Source: an uncultured virus (IMG/VR IMGVR_UViG_3300017642_000077)
Taxonomy: Duplodnaviria; Heunggongvirae; Uroviricota; Caudoviricetes
DNA: 64,000 nt
Virus record (IMG/VR): IMGVR_UViG_3300017642_000077
Reading direction: 5' to 3' (one strand)
In this document: positions 53,709 through 63,658 of the stretch, piece by piece
How the letters are laid out: every line of letters starts with the position of its first letter
How positions within the stretch are numbered: the first letter of the stretch is position 1
Program-made: the position numbers and the translations under genes
The notes under the pieces: model-generated
The model's database searches: none
Seen by the model: only the letters and a program-made list of their open reading frames with translations
What the model was told of the DNA's origin: nothing

Positions 53709-54761
53709 ATGGGAAAAGAAGAAGAAAACACTGTTGTTCGTGGGTTTAAGGGATTCTCCAAAGACTTTAAATGCCGAGACAAGCAATACGGAACGGACGA
53801 GACTTTCGAGGAAGAAGGCAACATCGAGCTTTGCAAGCATGGAATGCACTTTTGCGAATATCCGCTCGATGTTTTCGGATATTACGAACCAGGGTTAGGC
53901 AGCCGCTATTGCGAGGTGTCAACTGACTGTGCTTCTCCGAAGGCGCAGGGGTCGGATTCAAAACGTGTGACCAGCCGGCTTTCGGTCGGTGTTGAGATCA
54001 GCATACCCGGGATCGTGCAGGCCGCCGTGAAGTATGTGTTGGAGCGCATCACATCCGAAAAAACAGAGTCCAACACGGGCGACCAGAGCGCGGCCACCAA
54101 CACGGGCGACTACAGCGCGGCCACCAACACGGGCAACCGGAGCGCGGCCACCAACACGGGCAACCGGAGCGTGGCCACCAACACGGGCGACTACAGCGCG
54201 GCCACCAACACGGGCGACTACAGCGCGGCCACCAACACGGGCGACTACAGCGCGGCCACCAACACGGGCGACTACAGCGCGGCCACCAACACGGGCAACC
54301 GGAGCGTGGCCACCAACACGGGCTACTACAGCGCGGCCACCAACACGGGCAACCGGAGCGTGGCCACCAACACGGGCGACTACAGCGCGGCCACCAACAC
54401 GGGCGACTACAGCGCGGCCACCAACACGGGCTACCGGAGCGCGGCCACCAACACGGGCAACCGGAGCGCGGCCACCAACACGGGCGACCAGAGCGCGGCC
54501 ACCAACACGGGCTACCGGAGCGCGGCCACCAACACGGGCTACCGGAGCGCGGCCAGTGTCGAGGGCGAGCAATCTGTAGCCATTTCCACAGGAGAAAATG
54601 GCCGAGTCAAAGGCGCTCTAGGCTGTGGGATTTGTTGCGTCGAGCGTGACGAGGACGACGGCCATATCGTCGCCATCAAAGCCGCCATCGTGGACGGCGA
54701 AATCGTCAAGGCCGACACATGGTATTCTGTTAAAAATGAAGAATTTGTCGAGGTTGAATAG
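53709..54761 (+). CDS. Phage protein with NTGxxSAAT tandem repeats
   Basis: N-terminal FKGF..D.KCR..QY...C..G.HFCE.PLDVF.YY, repeat tract, C-terminal VDGE.VKADTWY. Confidence 0.85.
   Translation: MGKEEENTVVRGFKGFSKDFKCRDKQYGTDETFEEEGNIELCKHGMHFCEYPLDVFGYYEPGLGSRYCEVSTDCASPKAQGSDSKRVTSRLSVGVEISIPGIVQAAVKYVLERITSEKTESNTGDQSAATNTGDYSAATNTGNRSAATNTGNRSVATNTGDYSAATNTGDYSAATNTGDYSAATNTGDYSAATNTGNRSVATNTGYYSAATNTGNRSVATNTGDYSAATNTGDYSAATNTGYRSAATNTGNRSAATNTGDQSAATNTGYRSAATNTGYRSAASVEGEQSVAISTGENGRVKGALGCGICCVERDEDDGHIVAIKAAIVDGEIVKADTWYSVKNEEFVEVE
54072..54557 (+). repeat. 18 x 27-bp coding tandem repeat
   Basis: AACACGGGC(G/A/T)AC(TAC/CGG/CAG)AGCG(C/T)GGCCACC. Confidence 0.95.
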
Positions 54762-54932
54762 CGAATTTCCGGCGGGGGATGCTGAGTCCCCCGCCACAAC
54801 TTGGGATTCGAGCGGGTGGCTGACCATGACTCATATGGGGACATGTGGCACTGGGCCGCGAAATCCAGATTGCTGCAATGCAGCGTGGTCGCCCCGACTG
54901 CCCGGACAGCCACCCGTTTGAGGCTCAAGCAT

Positions 54933-55015
54933 CCAGGGGACAAACAAGAGAGGAATCCAGGATGACCCTAGGCACTCTCCTGGAGGCGATGGTTAAAGTC
55001 CATCCCCCTGGTCCA
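54933..55015 (+). ncRNA. tRNA-like RNA (acceptor stem, T-arm and CCA, no D-stem, expanded anticodon loop)
   Basis: CCAGGGG/CCCCTGG-T-CCA, GATGG-TTAAAGT-CCATC, TCCAGGA/TCCTGGA stem. Confidence 0.6.
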
Positions 55016-55021
55016 AAATTT

Positions 55022-55099
55022 CGGGACGTAGCGCAGTCTGGTTAGCGCGCCTGCCTTGGGCGCAGGAGGCCGGGCGTTCAAATCGCCCCGTCCCGACCA
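55022..55099 (+). tRNA. tRNA-Pro(TGG)
   Basis: CGGGACG/CGTCCCG acceptor stem plus ACCA, TAGCGCAGTCTGGTTAGCGC D-arm, CCTGC-CTTGGGC-GCAGG, GTTCAAATC. Confidence 0.93.
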
Positions 55100-56157
55100 A
55101 ATCTCCCTCTTGCGGTTTCCCCGACCGCCAACCCCAACCGGGCCGTCTCCGGTGAGACGGCCCAAACGCCAATCAACGCCCGCATGGTGCGCGGCGGAAC
55201 AGGAGGTAGAGCACTGCTCACCCTGATAGAGGATTGGATTCCCGCAATCCATACATGGCCCGAGGATGGCGCAGCATCAAAGCGCATCCGGGGAGATGGT
55301 ATCGAATACCACCCTGCGGAGTGACTGAGGCAGCAACACGAATAAACAACCAGAGATGTTAGGAGAAAGCATGATCCGAGGACCGACCAGTCGCCGTACC
55401 GAAAAGAATATAGCCCTGGAGAGCATCAGCAAGATCATCATCGGCGCCCACGGCACCGCCCCCGGCAAGAACATCTAGACCGGCGGCTTGGCCATCTGAA
55501 ACGCCCCCCGCTACTTGGCTCACGGGAGGCCTGAAACCACGCATGTAAAAACCAATAGGAGGCGCGAAGCAGATGACAAAAGAAAAGGGTTAGATATCCG
55601 GTGTGGCCCTGATGGTGCTGCACTTTTACAGAGTGACCGTGCCCGGCCAAAATCTACACCAACAGGTGATTTGGCCGGGCTTTTTTAGAGATGGAGCAAA
55701 GAGGCGGTTTGCACCCGCGAGCGTGGCCGCCATGCGAGACCGTCAAGAGCGGCAGGGGAACCCCCGAAGGCAACCTTTGTTCCATCTCTCCCAGCCGGGA
55801 CTTGGCGGTCCTGGACGGGGAAAGGCTTTGCTTCCAGAACCCATCCCGTGGCGGCCGTGGATAGGCCGCGGCTGCTTCGGGGGTGGGGTCAGACACACAC
55901 CACGGAGGCCACCATGGGCATTGCACGCAGACGGGCGCGACGTAGGGCCGGAAAACAGCAACGGAAACGTAAGCGGAGGATGCAACGCCATGTGCTATCC
56001 GTATGAGCCTGACCATATCAAGCACGCGTTCTGGTCGCTGGCGCTGGTCGCCGTCGTTGTTGTTGCGGTCATTGTCATTACCGCATGGTCAAGACCGTCG
56101 CTCGAAGCGCAATATCAAGCCCGGTGTATCGCCGGGAACATATGCGAGGTGCCGAAA

Positions 56158-56477
56158 TGAACATCCCAAGCTATGCGACGTGCTCCATGTGCACCGGATA
56201 TGAGGACGATAAATTGCACCCGGACTGCGGGACTTGCGTCGAATACGACAAGCAAGTCTTGGGAGCTATTGAAGCGGCTTGTTTGCCCAAGCCCAAGTTT
56301 TTCCGTTTAAGCATCCCTTGGGACGCTAAGCCACCCTGCGGATGCGATGGATGGCAGCCCAACGATGAGGAACGAAGGTTCCAAGAAGAGGCCTCGACTC
56401 TTGTGGAGGCCTTGCCCATGGACGACTTTCAGGCTCGCAACATGGAGGCCGGGCGACGGCCGGGAGGTGGAATATGA
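56158..56477 (+). CDS. Cys-containing hypothetical protein
   Basis: MNIPSYATCSMC..., GAGG SD, coupled to the next ORF. Confidence 0.5.
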
Positions 56478-56763
56478 ACGCAACCCCCATCTATATCGCC
56501 CCCGAGCACGCCGCTGTCCGTGACGCATGTATCGAGCGCGGGCAACTGCGGCCCCAGGATCGGGCGGACATCGAGCGCATTAAGGGCATGCCCATTGAGG
56601 AAGTCGGGACCATGCTCGTTGAATCGGTCCTGGCCAGCTATCGGCATATGTTGGCCGTGCGGGGCTACTGATGGATACCCCCAAAAGCGAACCGCCCCGG
56701 TGCTGGAACACTGGGGCGGACGGGAAACAAAAAATCATCTCTCTGCGTTGAAGGAGAGAGCTT

Positions 56764-57606
56764 ATGAGTAATATCGAGGGGCGTCAACTCCCCACGCACG
56801 GCATCTACCCGAACATCTCCCACGACGACTATCACGCCCACCCGGCGGTCTCGAAGTCCGGCCTGGATCGGCTGGAGCAAAGCCCGGCTCACTTCCGCGC
56901 CTATCTGGACGGCGAGGACAAGGACACCGACGCTAAGCGCATAGGCCGCCTGTGCCACATGGCCATCCTGGAACCGGCCCGATTTAAGACCGAGGCCGTG
57001 GTGCCCCCTGACATCAACCGCCGCACCAATGCCGGCAAGGCCGAGTGGGAGGAATGGCAGCGGTTGCATGTCGGTTGTGAGATCATCAAGGACCAAGCCG
57101 AGGCGGACCTGCTCCGGCGTATTCAAGATTCCGTCCTCTCGCACAAAACGGCCGGGGCGTTCCTCTCCTACCAGGGCCAGGCCGAGGTCTCCGCATTCTG
57201 GACAGACCTGGAGAGCGGGGTTGCCTGCCGGTGTCGGCCGGACAAGGTGCTTGGGGGCGGCGTCATCATCGACCTCAAAAGCGCCCGAGACGCCAGCCCC
57301 AGGGGGTTCACCAAGGCCGTCGCCGACCATCGTTATCACGTCCAGCAGGCATTCTACCTGGATGGGTTCACAGCGGCCGGAGGCTACGCGGACACGTTTA
57401 TTTTCGTGGCGTTTGAAAAAGAGCCGCCATTCGCCGTGTGCTGCCACCAGCTGCAACCGGAGGACGTGGAAGAGGGCCGGGCGGATTACAGACGCAATCT
57501 GGCCACCTTAGCCCGGTGCCGCGCCGAAAATAACTGGCCGTCCTACGCCGATGACATCGTACAAATTACCTTGCCCGCATGGGCGAGAAAGGAGTTTCGG
57601 ATATGA
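56764..57606 (+). CDS. RecE/ExoVIII-like PD-(D/E)xK exonuclease (DUF3799)
   Basis: YH...AVSKS.L, G.L.H..ILEP, RCRPD, IIDLKS, YH.Q.AFY. Confidence 0.88.
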   Translation: MSNIEGRQLPTHGIYPNISHDDYHAHPAVSKSGLDRLEQSPAHFRAYLDGEDKDTDAKRIGRLCHMAILEPARFKTEAVVPPDINRRTNAGKAEWEEWQRLHVGCEIIKDQAEADLLRRIQDSVLSHKTAGAFLSYQGQAEVSAFWTDLESGVACRCRPDKVLGGGVIIDLKSARDASPRGFTKAVADHRYHVQQAFYLDGFTAAGGYADTFIFVAFEKEPPFAVCCHQLQPEDVEEGRADYRRNLATLARCRAENNWPSYADDIVQITLPAWARKEFRI

Positions 57607-58778
57607 GCGAAAGCTTGCCTGATTTAAAGAAGGAATCGGCTGCGGCCTCTCCTGATGTGGTCCTCGGATTCGGAAACGCCGCCGGATTCGCCATGCTGCA
57701 ACGGGCAGCCGGCCTATTGGCCAACTCCACGCTGGTCCCGGAAGCCTATCGGAAGTGGATCAAGGACAAGGACAACAAATACGGTCCTCTGGTCGAGAAC
57801 GAAGCGGCCATTTCCAACTGTGTCATCGCCCTCAATATGGCCCAGCGTTTGGAAGCCGATCCAATCATGATCATGCAAAATCTGTATGTGGTCGAAGGCC
57901 GGCCTTCCTGGTCCTCGCAATTCATCATCGCCGCCCTGAACACTACGGGCCGTTTTTCTCCCTTGCGGTTTCAAATCAGCGAACCCGTGAAGAAGACGGT
58001 CCAGGTCACGACGGTGGATTGGGTCAACAAACAGAAGCAGGTGAAGAAGGAAAACATCGAAATCCAGGACCGGACCTGCATCGCATGGGCCGTTGAGAAG
58101 GAGACCGGAGAACGACTGGAGAGCCCGCCTATCTCCATCGAAATGGCCGCCAAGGAAGGATGGCTTACCAAGAAGGGGTCGAAGTGGCAGACCATGCCGG
58201 ACCTCATGCTCCGCTACCGCGCCGCCACCCTGTTCGGACGACTCTATGCGCCTGAAAAACTGATGGGCCTGCAAACCGAGGACGAAAGTCGGGACATTTA
58301 CGACCTTGAGCCGGCCAATGGTGGTTTTTCACTTCCCGAGACTACCCCAGCCGACCATACCGCCGACATCCTGAAGCGGGCTTCCCAGGGCCAGGAAGAG
58401 CCCTCCCAGTCGGTTGAACCCTCCACCAACGGTATCCGCAACAAGCCCACCAAGGCCGAGATGGAACAACGCCGCGAGGAGGCCAAGACCGCAATCCTGT
58501 CCGCCGGCCTGGACCTGGAAGGCGTCGAAAAGTCCCTCAACTCCTACGCTCAAAACTGGAACACCGCGCAGTGCCAGCGGGCCATGAAGATGGCTGAAGA
58601 GGCCCAGGAAGCCGCGAACGAGAACCCTGACGATGACCAGTCGGACGATGCCGCCCAAGCCGAAACTTCGGAAGAGCCTTTCGAATGCCCCAACAACAAA
58701 GGGCCGGTCCGCCTCTCCGTCGAGTGCGCCGCCTGCGACCAGATGGGCAAGTGTCCAATGACGGATGGGCAGGCCTAG
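57603..58778 (+). CDS. RecT/Beta-like single-strand annealing protein
   Basis: S.LVP..Y, NC.IA..MA.R....P..IMQNLYVV.GRP.WSS, KGSKW.TMP..MLRYRAA..F.R...PE.LMG. Confidence 0.82.
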   Translation: MSESLPDLKKESAAASPDVVLGFGNAAGFAMLQRAAGLLANSTLVPEAYRKWIKDKDNKYGPLVENEAAISNCVIALNMAQRLEADPIMIMQNLYVVEGRPSWSSQFIIAALNTTGRFSPLRFQISEPVKKTVQVTTVDWVNKQKQVKKENIEIQDRTCIAWAVEKETGERLESPPISIEMAAKEGWLTKKGSKWQTMPDLMLRYRAATLFGRLYAPEKLMGLQTEDESRDIYDLEPANGGFSLPETTPADHTADILKRASQGQEEPSQSVEPSTNGIRNKPTKAEMEQRREEAKTAILSAGLDLEGVEKSLNSYAQNWNTAQCQRAMKMAEEAQEAANENPDDDQSDDAAQAETSEEPFECPNNKGPVRLSVECAACDQMGKCPMTDGQA

Positions 58779-58780
58779 CT

Positions 58781-59356
58781 ATGCCCACTATCCACTATCC
58801 ACCCCACGTCTGTGAACGCGAGGGATGCACGAACATGACCAGAAACAAGCGGTTCTGCTCGCACAAATGTAGTCTTATCACCTCAAAGGAGCAAGGCGAG
58901 GCGGGCAGGAAAGCAAAATTGCATCCGTGCATGATCTGCGGTGAACCGACAAAAAGAAAGATATGCGGCAAGAAAAGCTGTAGGGCGGAATTCTTTCGGA
59001 GGAGCGCGCTACACAGGGGGCCGCAGGGTACTCGGCGGTGTATCGCATGTGGACAGGAAAAGTCACTTAATGAGTTCCGCCGCCTCTCCGATGCAAGAAA
59101 CTGCTACTTTTCGAGCACCTGCCACGCTTGCCGACCTGAAAACGCTTACGTCCTTGGCCAGACCGAAGTCCCGAGAGTACAGCCGAAACCCAAGCCGGTC
59201 CCGGTTCAAGCGGCCTGGAAGGACCCTGACCCGGGACGTCCTGTGTTACCCATCGCCGTTGACGAGCATGGGCGTCGGTCCGCCATTCCCTGGTCATCCC
59301 TGAATCTGGGAGGGCTGCCCGGGACATCAACAAGCGCAACGCCGTTCGCGGCGTGA
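58781..59356 (+). CDS. Cys-rich (zinc-binding) hypothetical protein
   Basis: Several CxxC clusters (FCS.KC, C..CG..K...EF...C..C). Confidence 0.6.
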   Translation: MPTIHYPPHVCEREGCTNMTRNKRFCSHKCSLITSKEQGEAGRKAKLHPCMICGEPTKRKICGKKSCRAEFFRRSALHRGPQGTRRCIACGQEKSLNEFRRLSDARNCYFSSTCHACRPENAYVLGQTEVPRVQPKPKPVPVQAAWKDPDPGRPVLPIAVDEHGRRSAIPWSSLNLGGLPGTSTSATPFAA

Positions 59357-59557
59357 GGGAGGCGTGATGGCCAGCAAACGTCACCTCCGCCGTAAGGCCT
59401 GTGTAGGCAAAATCCGCCACGAGATCCTGGAGCAGGCTCGGGCCATGGCCTGGAACGGGACGAGCCCGTATCACTGTCCGTTCTGTGGCGGTTATCATGT
59501 CGGGCATTGCCCAGGATATAAGGATCGGTTCAAGAAGCCAAATGGGAGAAGGTACTG

Positions 59558-59821
59558 ATGCTCGAATGGACTGAAGAATATGACCGCTACGACAACACCC
59601 ACTACGAGGCGGCCGGACCGTACCAGGAAGAGGACGGAACGACGTTTTATTATCGTATCGTCCCGGTTCTGCGGGATAACAAGGTCCAGTTCTCGACCTG
59701 CGAATCGGACGCAGAACTGATTTCGGCTGCTGACGCCGAGGAATTCCCGACAGTGGAGGCGGCCAAGGAGGACTGCCAGCAGCGGGACGACAACCTGCGC
59801 GATGAATTGGCCGGGTTGTGA
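59558..59821 (+). CDS. Acidic hypothetical protein
   Basis: F.TVEAAK..CQ motif. Confidence 0.6.
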   Translation: MLEWTEEYDRYDNTHYEAAGPYQEEDGTTFYYRIVPVLRDNKVQFSTCESDAELISAADAEEFPTVEAAKEDCQQRDDNLRDELAGL

Positions 59822-60253
59822 ATTATCAACAAACCGTCCTCCCCATATTCCCCGCGCCAGGATCACTCGTTCGGGTGCCGTCTCCCGGTGGGGGATATGT
59901 TCGGACCTGGACCATGACCGAGGCGCGGGATTTGGGGCAGGGGCTACGGATAAAATGTGTGGGTGAGGGTGAAGTAGAGGCAGGGAGGGTGAAAGAAATT
60001 GCCAGACGTTGATATCATTATTGAGCCAGAACGTGGGCGTTGCATCGTTAGCAACGTCAGGATGATTTCCAAAAAGCAGGTGGAAAAAGCGCCAAACTGG
60101 CACGTTGTAGCGCTGGTTTTCGGTGTCGGAAGCGGCAGAGCAAACGCCCTGTGCCGGGAATGGTGGATCGATCCAAACACAACAGAGACCCGCTAGCCCC
60201 GCCTCCGACCGGCCCTTCGGGAGAGGGGCCGGGAACAACCAAAGGAGAGCATT

Positions 60254-60511
60254 GTGGAACGGAAAGAATACGAGGCCATTGCCACACAATGGAACGACCA
60301 GATTACCGACCTGGAACGCTGGAAGTGGCTCCGAGACAACCCGGGCAAGCTCGTCGTGATGCTGGACAATGACAGCACCCTTGTCCGGTTCGCGGCGGAA
60401 GACGATGCCCCGGAAGACATCATTTTGATGAACTTTGAAAGCTGGGTCGGGAACGATGACGGCATCTTTTATCTTCTCAATGCCGTTGAGATCCGAGCTG
60501 AGGGAGTCTAA
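60254..60511 (+). CDS. Acidic hypothetical protein
   Basis: AAGGAG SD, 85 aa. Confidence 0.6.
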   Translation: MERKEYEAIATQWNDQITDLERWKWLRDNPGKLVVMLDNDSTLVRFAAEDDAPEDIILMNFESWVGNDDGIFYLLNAVEIRAEGV

Positions 60512-60627
60512 TCACCCCCGCCAGCCCCTTCTGGCCCGGCTTCTGAGACGCAGCGGCCACGGTCGTTGCGTCAACTGGAGCCACACTTTTACAGACCGCT
60601 ACGGCGGTCTTTTTGTTGGGGGAGAGG

Positions 60628-60966
60628 ATGGAAGTGAAGTTTACGCCTGGGCCGTGGCGAGTCCGCAAAGATGAAAACGGCAACACCGTCGTTGCTACGA
60701 TGCCAGAGCCTTCCGATATCCTGCATGGGGCCACGCAATCGTGGCACCTTGCCGTTGTCATGGGGACTCCTGGGAAAAGAGACAAGCAAGCCAACGCCAA
60801 CATCATGGCCGCCTCCCCCATATTGTACGAGGCTCTGGAACAGCAGCTTACCCAACTTCAACTAATCTCCAATATGGTTGATGACGACGAGGTTATAGCC
60901 GCTACCATCGAAGCGTCTATGCAACTCATCAACAACGCTCTCCGTGCGGCGCGAGGCGAGAAATGA
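60628..60966 (+). CDS. Phage TPGPW-motif protein
   Basis: TPGPW...ANA.I.AASP.L.EAL. Confidence 0.7.
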   Translation: MEVKFTPGPWRVRKDENGNTVVATMPEPSDILHGATQSWHLAVVMGTPGKRDKQANANIMAASPILYEALEQQLTQLQLISNMVDDDEVIAATIEASMQLINNALRAARGEK

Positions 60967-61457
60967 GTAACGAAGACACCACGAAATACATCCAGGGAAA
61001 GCTCTTACAAGAACATCGTCGTGGACTCGACGCCTATTACCGAACTGAAATTTTCACCGAGCACGGTGTTCGTGTGGCGACTGTCGATCTGTGCCCCGAG
61101 GATGTCCCCAACGGCCAAGTTTATCTGCGCGGCGGGACTGCGCGCCGTCTCGTCGCCTGTGTCAACGCCTGTGCCGGCATCACCACCGAACAACTGGAGC
61201 GCGGCGGCCTGGAAATGCCGTTGCTCTCCACCCTCGCCGACATCCGCCTTGCGTTGGGCGTGGGGGATAGGCCGATGTTGTCGGAGCTGGCCCCGCTGGT
61301 CTCCACGGCCGTCAGGCACAGGGAAATGGCAATCGGCGCACTCCAAAACGCCATCGGTATGTTGACGCTCTACACGTCGCCCACGGATGAACTGGCACAA
61401 AGCGGGATTCAGTCGCTCAAGGATGTTCTTTTCCAGGTCAATGGAGGTAACGGATGA
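60963..61457 (+). CDS. Phage hypothetical protein
   Basis: ARRLVACVNAC.GI.TE.LE motif, coupled to neighbours. Confidence 0.7.
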   Translation: MSNEDTTKYIQGKLLQEHRRGLDAYYRTEIFTEHGVRVATVDLCPEDVPNGQVYLRGGTARRLVACVNACAGITTEQLERGGLEMPLLSTLADIRLALGVGDRPMLSELAPLVSTAVRHREMAIGALQNAIGMLTLYTSPTDELAQSGIQSLKDVLFQVNGGNG

Positions 61458-61951
61458 GCCAATATCTTATCTTCTTCGGTCCGAATCAGGCTTGGTATCG
61501 CCCCGGAGCGAATGGATACACCGATTCGGCGCTCGAAGCAGGCCGATTCCCCCGTGAGGATGCCGTCGAACACGCCCGGCGCGGCAACTGCTTCGTGGTC
61601 GAAGACGGCTCCGATGAAATGCTCATGCTTTGCAATAAGTGGGAGAAGTATTTTTTGCCGAAGATGGCTGCCCACGCCGCCGAGGTTGAGCGGCTGAAGG
61701 TGGAGCGGGATGAAGCTGAGAGGGCGAGGAAATACCTCTATGACGGCGTGAACGAGGCACTTCATCCCAACGGAGGAGGGCCGGAACGCCCGGCTGGATG
61801 CGACCTCGTTGGATATCTTAAACATGATCTGCAACAGCTTCGGGCCGAGCGTGACGCCGCCGTGCGGGAACGGGATGCGGCGTTAAAGATTGCAGAAGAA
61901 GCCCAGATGAGCTCCCGCGCCGCACTCACCAAGATAGGGGGATGGGGATGA
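61454..61951 (+). CDS. Phage hypothetical protein
   Basis: W.RP...GYT.....AGR...E.A plus coiled coil. Confidence 0.65.
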   Translation: MSQYLIFFGPNQAWYRPGANGYTDSALEAGRFPREDAVEHARRGNCFVVEDGSDEMLMLCNKWEKYFLPKMAAHAAEVERLKVERDEAERARKYLYDGVNEALHPNGGGPERPAGCDLVGYLKHDLQQLRAERDAAVRERDAALKIAEEAQMSSRAALTKIGGWG

Positions 61952-62214
61952 GGATGAGCGTCATGTCTAAGCACCACCAAGAGCTGACCAACGGGGCAGG
62001 GAAGTGTTCCGTCCCCATGTGGTCTGGCGGCTGTCCTGATGGCTTTTGCGATGAACCGGCCTACGGATTCCGCCCTGACTGCGAGACGTTCCGGGACGCC
62101 TACACTGGAGAGATAAAGCGCCTCGACGGTCGATATAATGGATACGTTCCAGGCCTCGCTTGCCCCAAGCATGGCGGCCCCAAGAAGCCGGAGGAAGAGA
62201 ATGAACAGTCTTAA
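61948..62214 (+). CDS. Phage hypothetical protein
   Basis: GKCSVPMW.GG.P.GFC..PAYG...YVP.LACP.HGGP. Confidence 0.65.
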   Translation: MRMSVMSKHHQELTNGAGKCSVPMWSGGCPDGFCDEPAYGFRPDCETFRDAYTGEIKRLDGRYNGYVPGLACPKHGGPKKPEEENEQS

Positions 62215-63019
62215 AAAATACAACTTCAAAGATGAACAGGGTCATCCTTTGGAAAACTGCCAAGACTTTATCGAATTGGTTCACCGCGCATCTTCCGCCG
62301 AGTCCTCCCTTGCGGCCATGCGGCAGCGGGCGGAGGAGGCGGAAGCCAGGGCCGCTGAAGAAGAAAAGTCATGCGAAGAGGCGCTGAAGGAACGAGACGA
62401 GCTTGAGGATATCCTTGGGAACCTCGCCGCTTGTTTCGACCAGGAGTTTTCAAGCTCCTACGGTCCTGAGTCCATCTCTCATGACATAACCGAACTCCAG
62501 GAGAACCGGGACATCTGGCAAAGCAAGGTCGAAGGGCTGGAAAAGAAGGTCCGGGAAGCCATCTCCAGGGCAGAACGGGCGGAAGATGCGTTGCGGGATT
62601 TTGTTTCCATCCTGTCCATCCCCCATCCCGTCGAACATGGAACGTACAAAGAGCTGCTGACGACCGCCTTTGGTCACGCCAAGGAACTGTTGGGGATGGT
62701 TCCCGATCCTGGTGCCTCCCCTCCCGCCGACGCCAGCACAATGGGCGGAGACCATAGTGCTGACGCCACCGAATTGGTGGAGGGACCGTGTCCCGACTGT
62801 TCTCACGAGTCCGCTAAAGAATACTCTTGGCACTGCATCGGATGCACAAGCGGCGGTGGGGGCCGGGAACGGAGGCTGGTGGAGGCACTGGAAGCAATAT
62901 CGCGTCGTGCTCCAATAGCTGGAAGCCGGGATGAATACCGACGTGGGCAACTTGACGCGTTAGAGGCGTGTCGAGAAGTGGCACTCGCCGCCCTGGCCGA
63001 GATGGAGCAAAAGTCATGA
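62201..63019 (+). CDS. Coiled-coil hypothetical protein (Ead/Ea22-like region)
   Basis: F.DE.GHPLENC.DF plus a long coiled coil. Confidence 0.6.
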   Translation: MNSLKKYNFKDEQGHPLENCQDFIELVHRASSAESSLAAMRQRAEEAEARAAEEEKSCEEALKERDELEDILGNLAACFDQEFSSSYGPESISHDITELQENRDIWQSKVEGLEKKVREAISRAERAEDALRDFVSILSIPHPVEHGTYKELLTTAFGHAKELLGMVPDPGASPPADASTMGGDHSADATELVEGPCPDCSHESAKEYSWHCIGCTSGGGGRERRLVEALEAISRRAPIAGSRDEYRRGQLDALEACREVALAALAEMEQKS

Positions 63020-63176
63020 AAGCTTTTTGGCTAATACTCGACTTACTCTCCCTGGTTATCCTCCCCATTTCGGCGTTCATGATTGGCGCAAACAACTTCG
63101 ATTACCTGTTTCCATTGTCGGCGTCGTTGGTGGGGCTGATGTGGTCTCTGTTTAAGTTGCACAGGAGATCGGCGTT

Positions 63177-63404
63177 ATGACCGCCCGAGAAGCGATCTAC
63201 AAGACGGCGTTGGAGCATATCAGAGACGGGCACGACATGGTTTGCCCAGTTTGTGGTTGGATGGGTTGCAATGCCGATCTTGAGGGCAGTCCTGAAGTTT
63301 TTTCACTGATGAGGGTTTGTCCTGCGTGTGGGGACAGGCCCATCAAAGGATACCGTCACCTGGCCGCCTACGCCCTGGCTCAGGCCGAGAAGGGGGAGGG
63401 ATGA
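63177..63404 (+). CDS. Small Zn-ribbon hypothetical protein
   Basis: CPVCG...CPACG, AGGAG SD. Confidence 0.55.
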   Translation: MTAREAIYKTALEHIRDGHDMVCPVCGWMGCNADLEGSPEVFSLMRVCPACGDRPIKGYRHLAAYALAQAEKGEG

Positions 63405-63658
63405 GCATAACCATAAAGATGGATCGGCGAGCGAGGGAATATCTTGATCCTCTGGCTGTGTCCGTGTGGCATTTGGACGGTATGGACACGGCCGTTACCC
63501 ACGCTGATGGGAAACGCTGCATCGTCAACACCGACCGCGTGGCTGAAGCCCTTAAGGGCGGTCTGGAAAACGCTTTCGAATACGTCATGGGTGATGGCTG
63601 GAAGTTGTTGTCCTACAATTTCAACACAGGTGTGGCGACTGTGGAGCAAAAGTCATGA
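63401..63658 (+). CDS. Hypothetical protein
   Basis: GGAGG SD, coupled to neighbours. Confidence 0.55.
   Translation: MSITIKMDRRAREYLDPLAVSVWHLDGMDTAVTHADGKRCIVNTDRVAEALKGGLENAFEYVMGDGWKLLSYNFNTGVATVEQKS

Noticed and set aside
54072..54557. Possible CRISPR array
   Set aside because: Contiguous 27-bp in-frame coding repeats with no unique spacers and no cas genes
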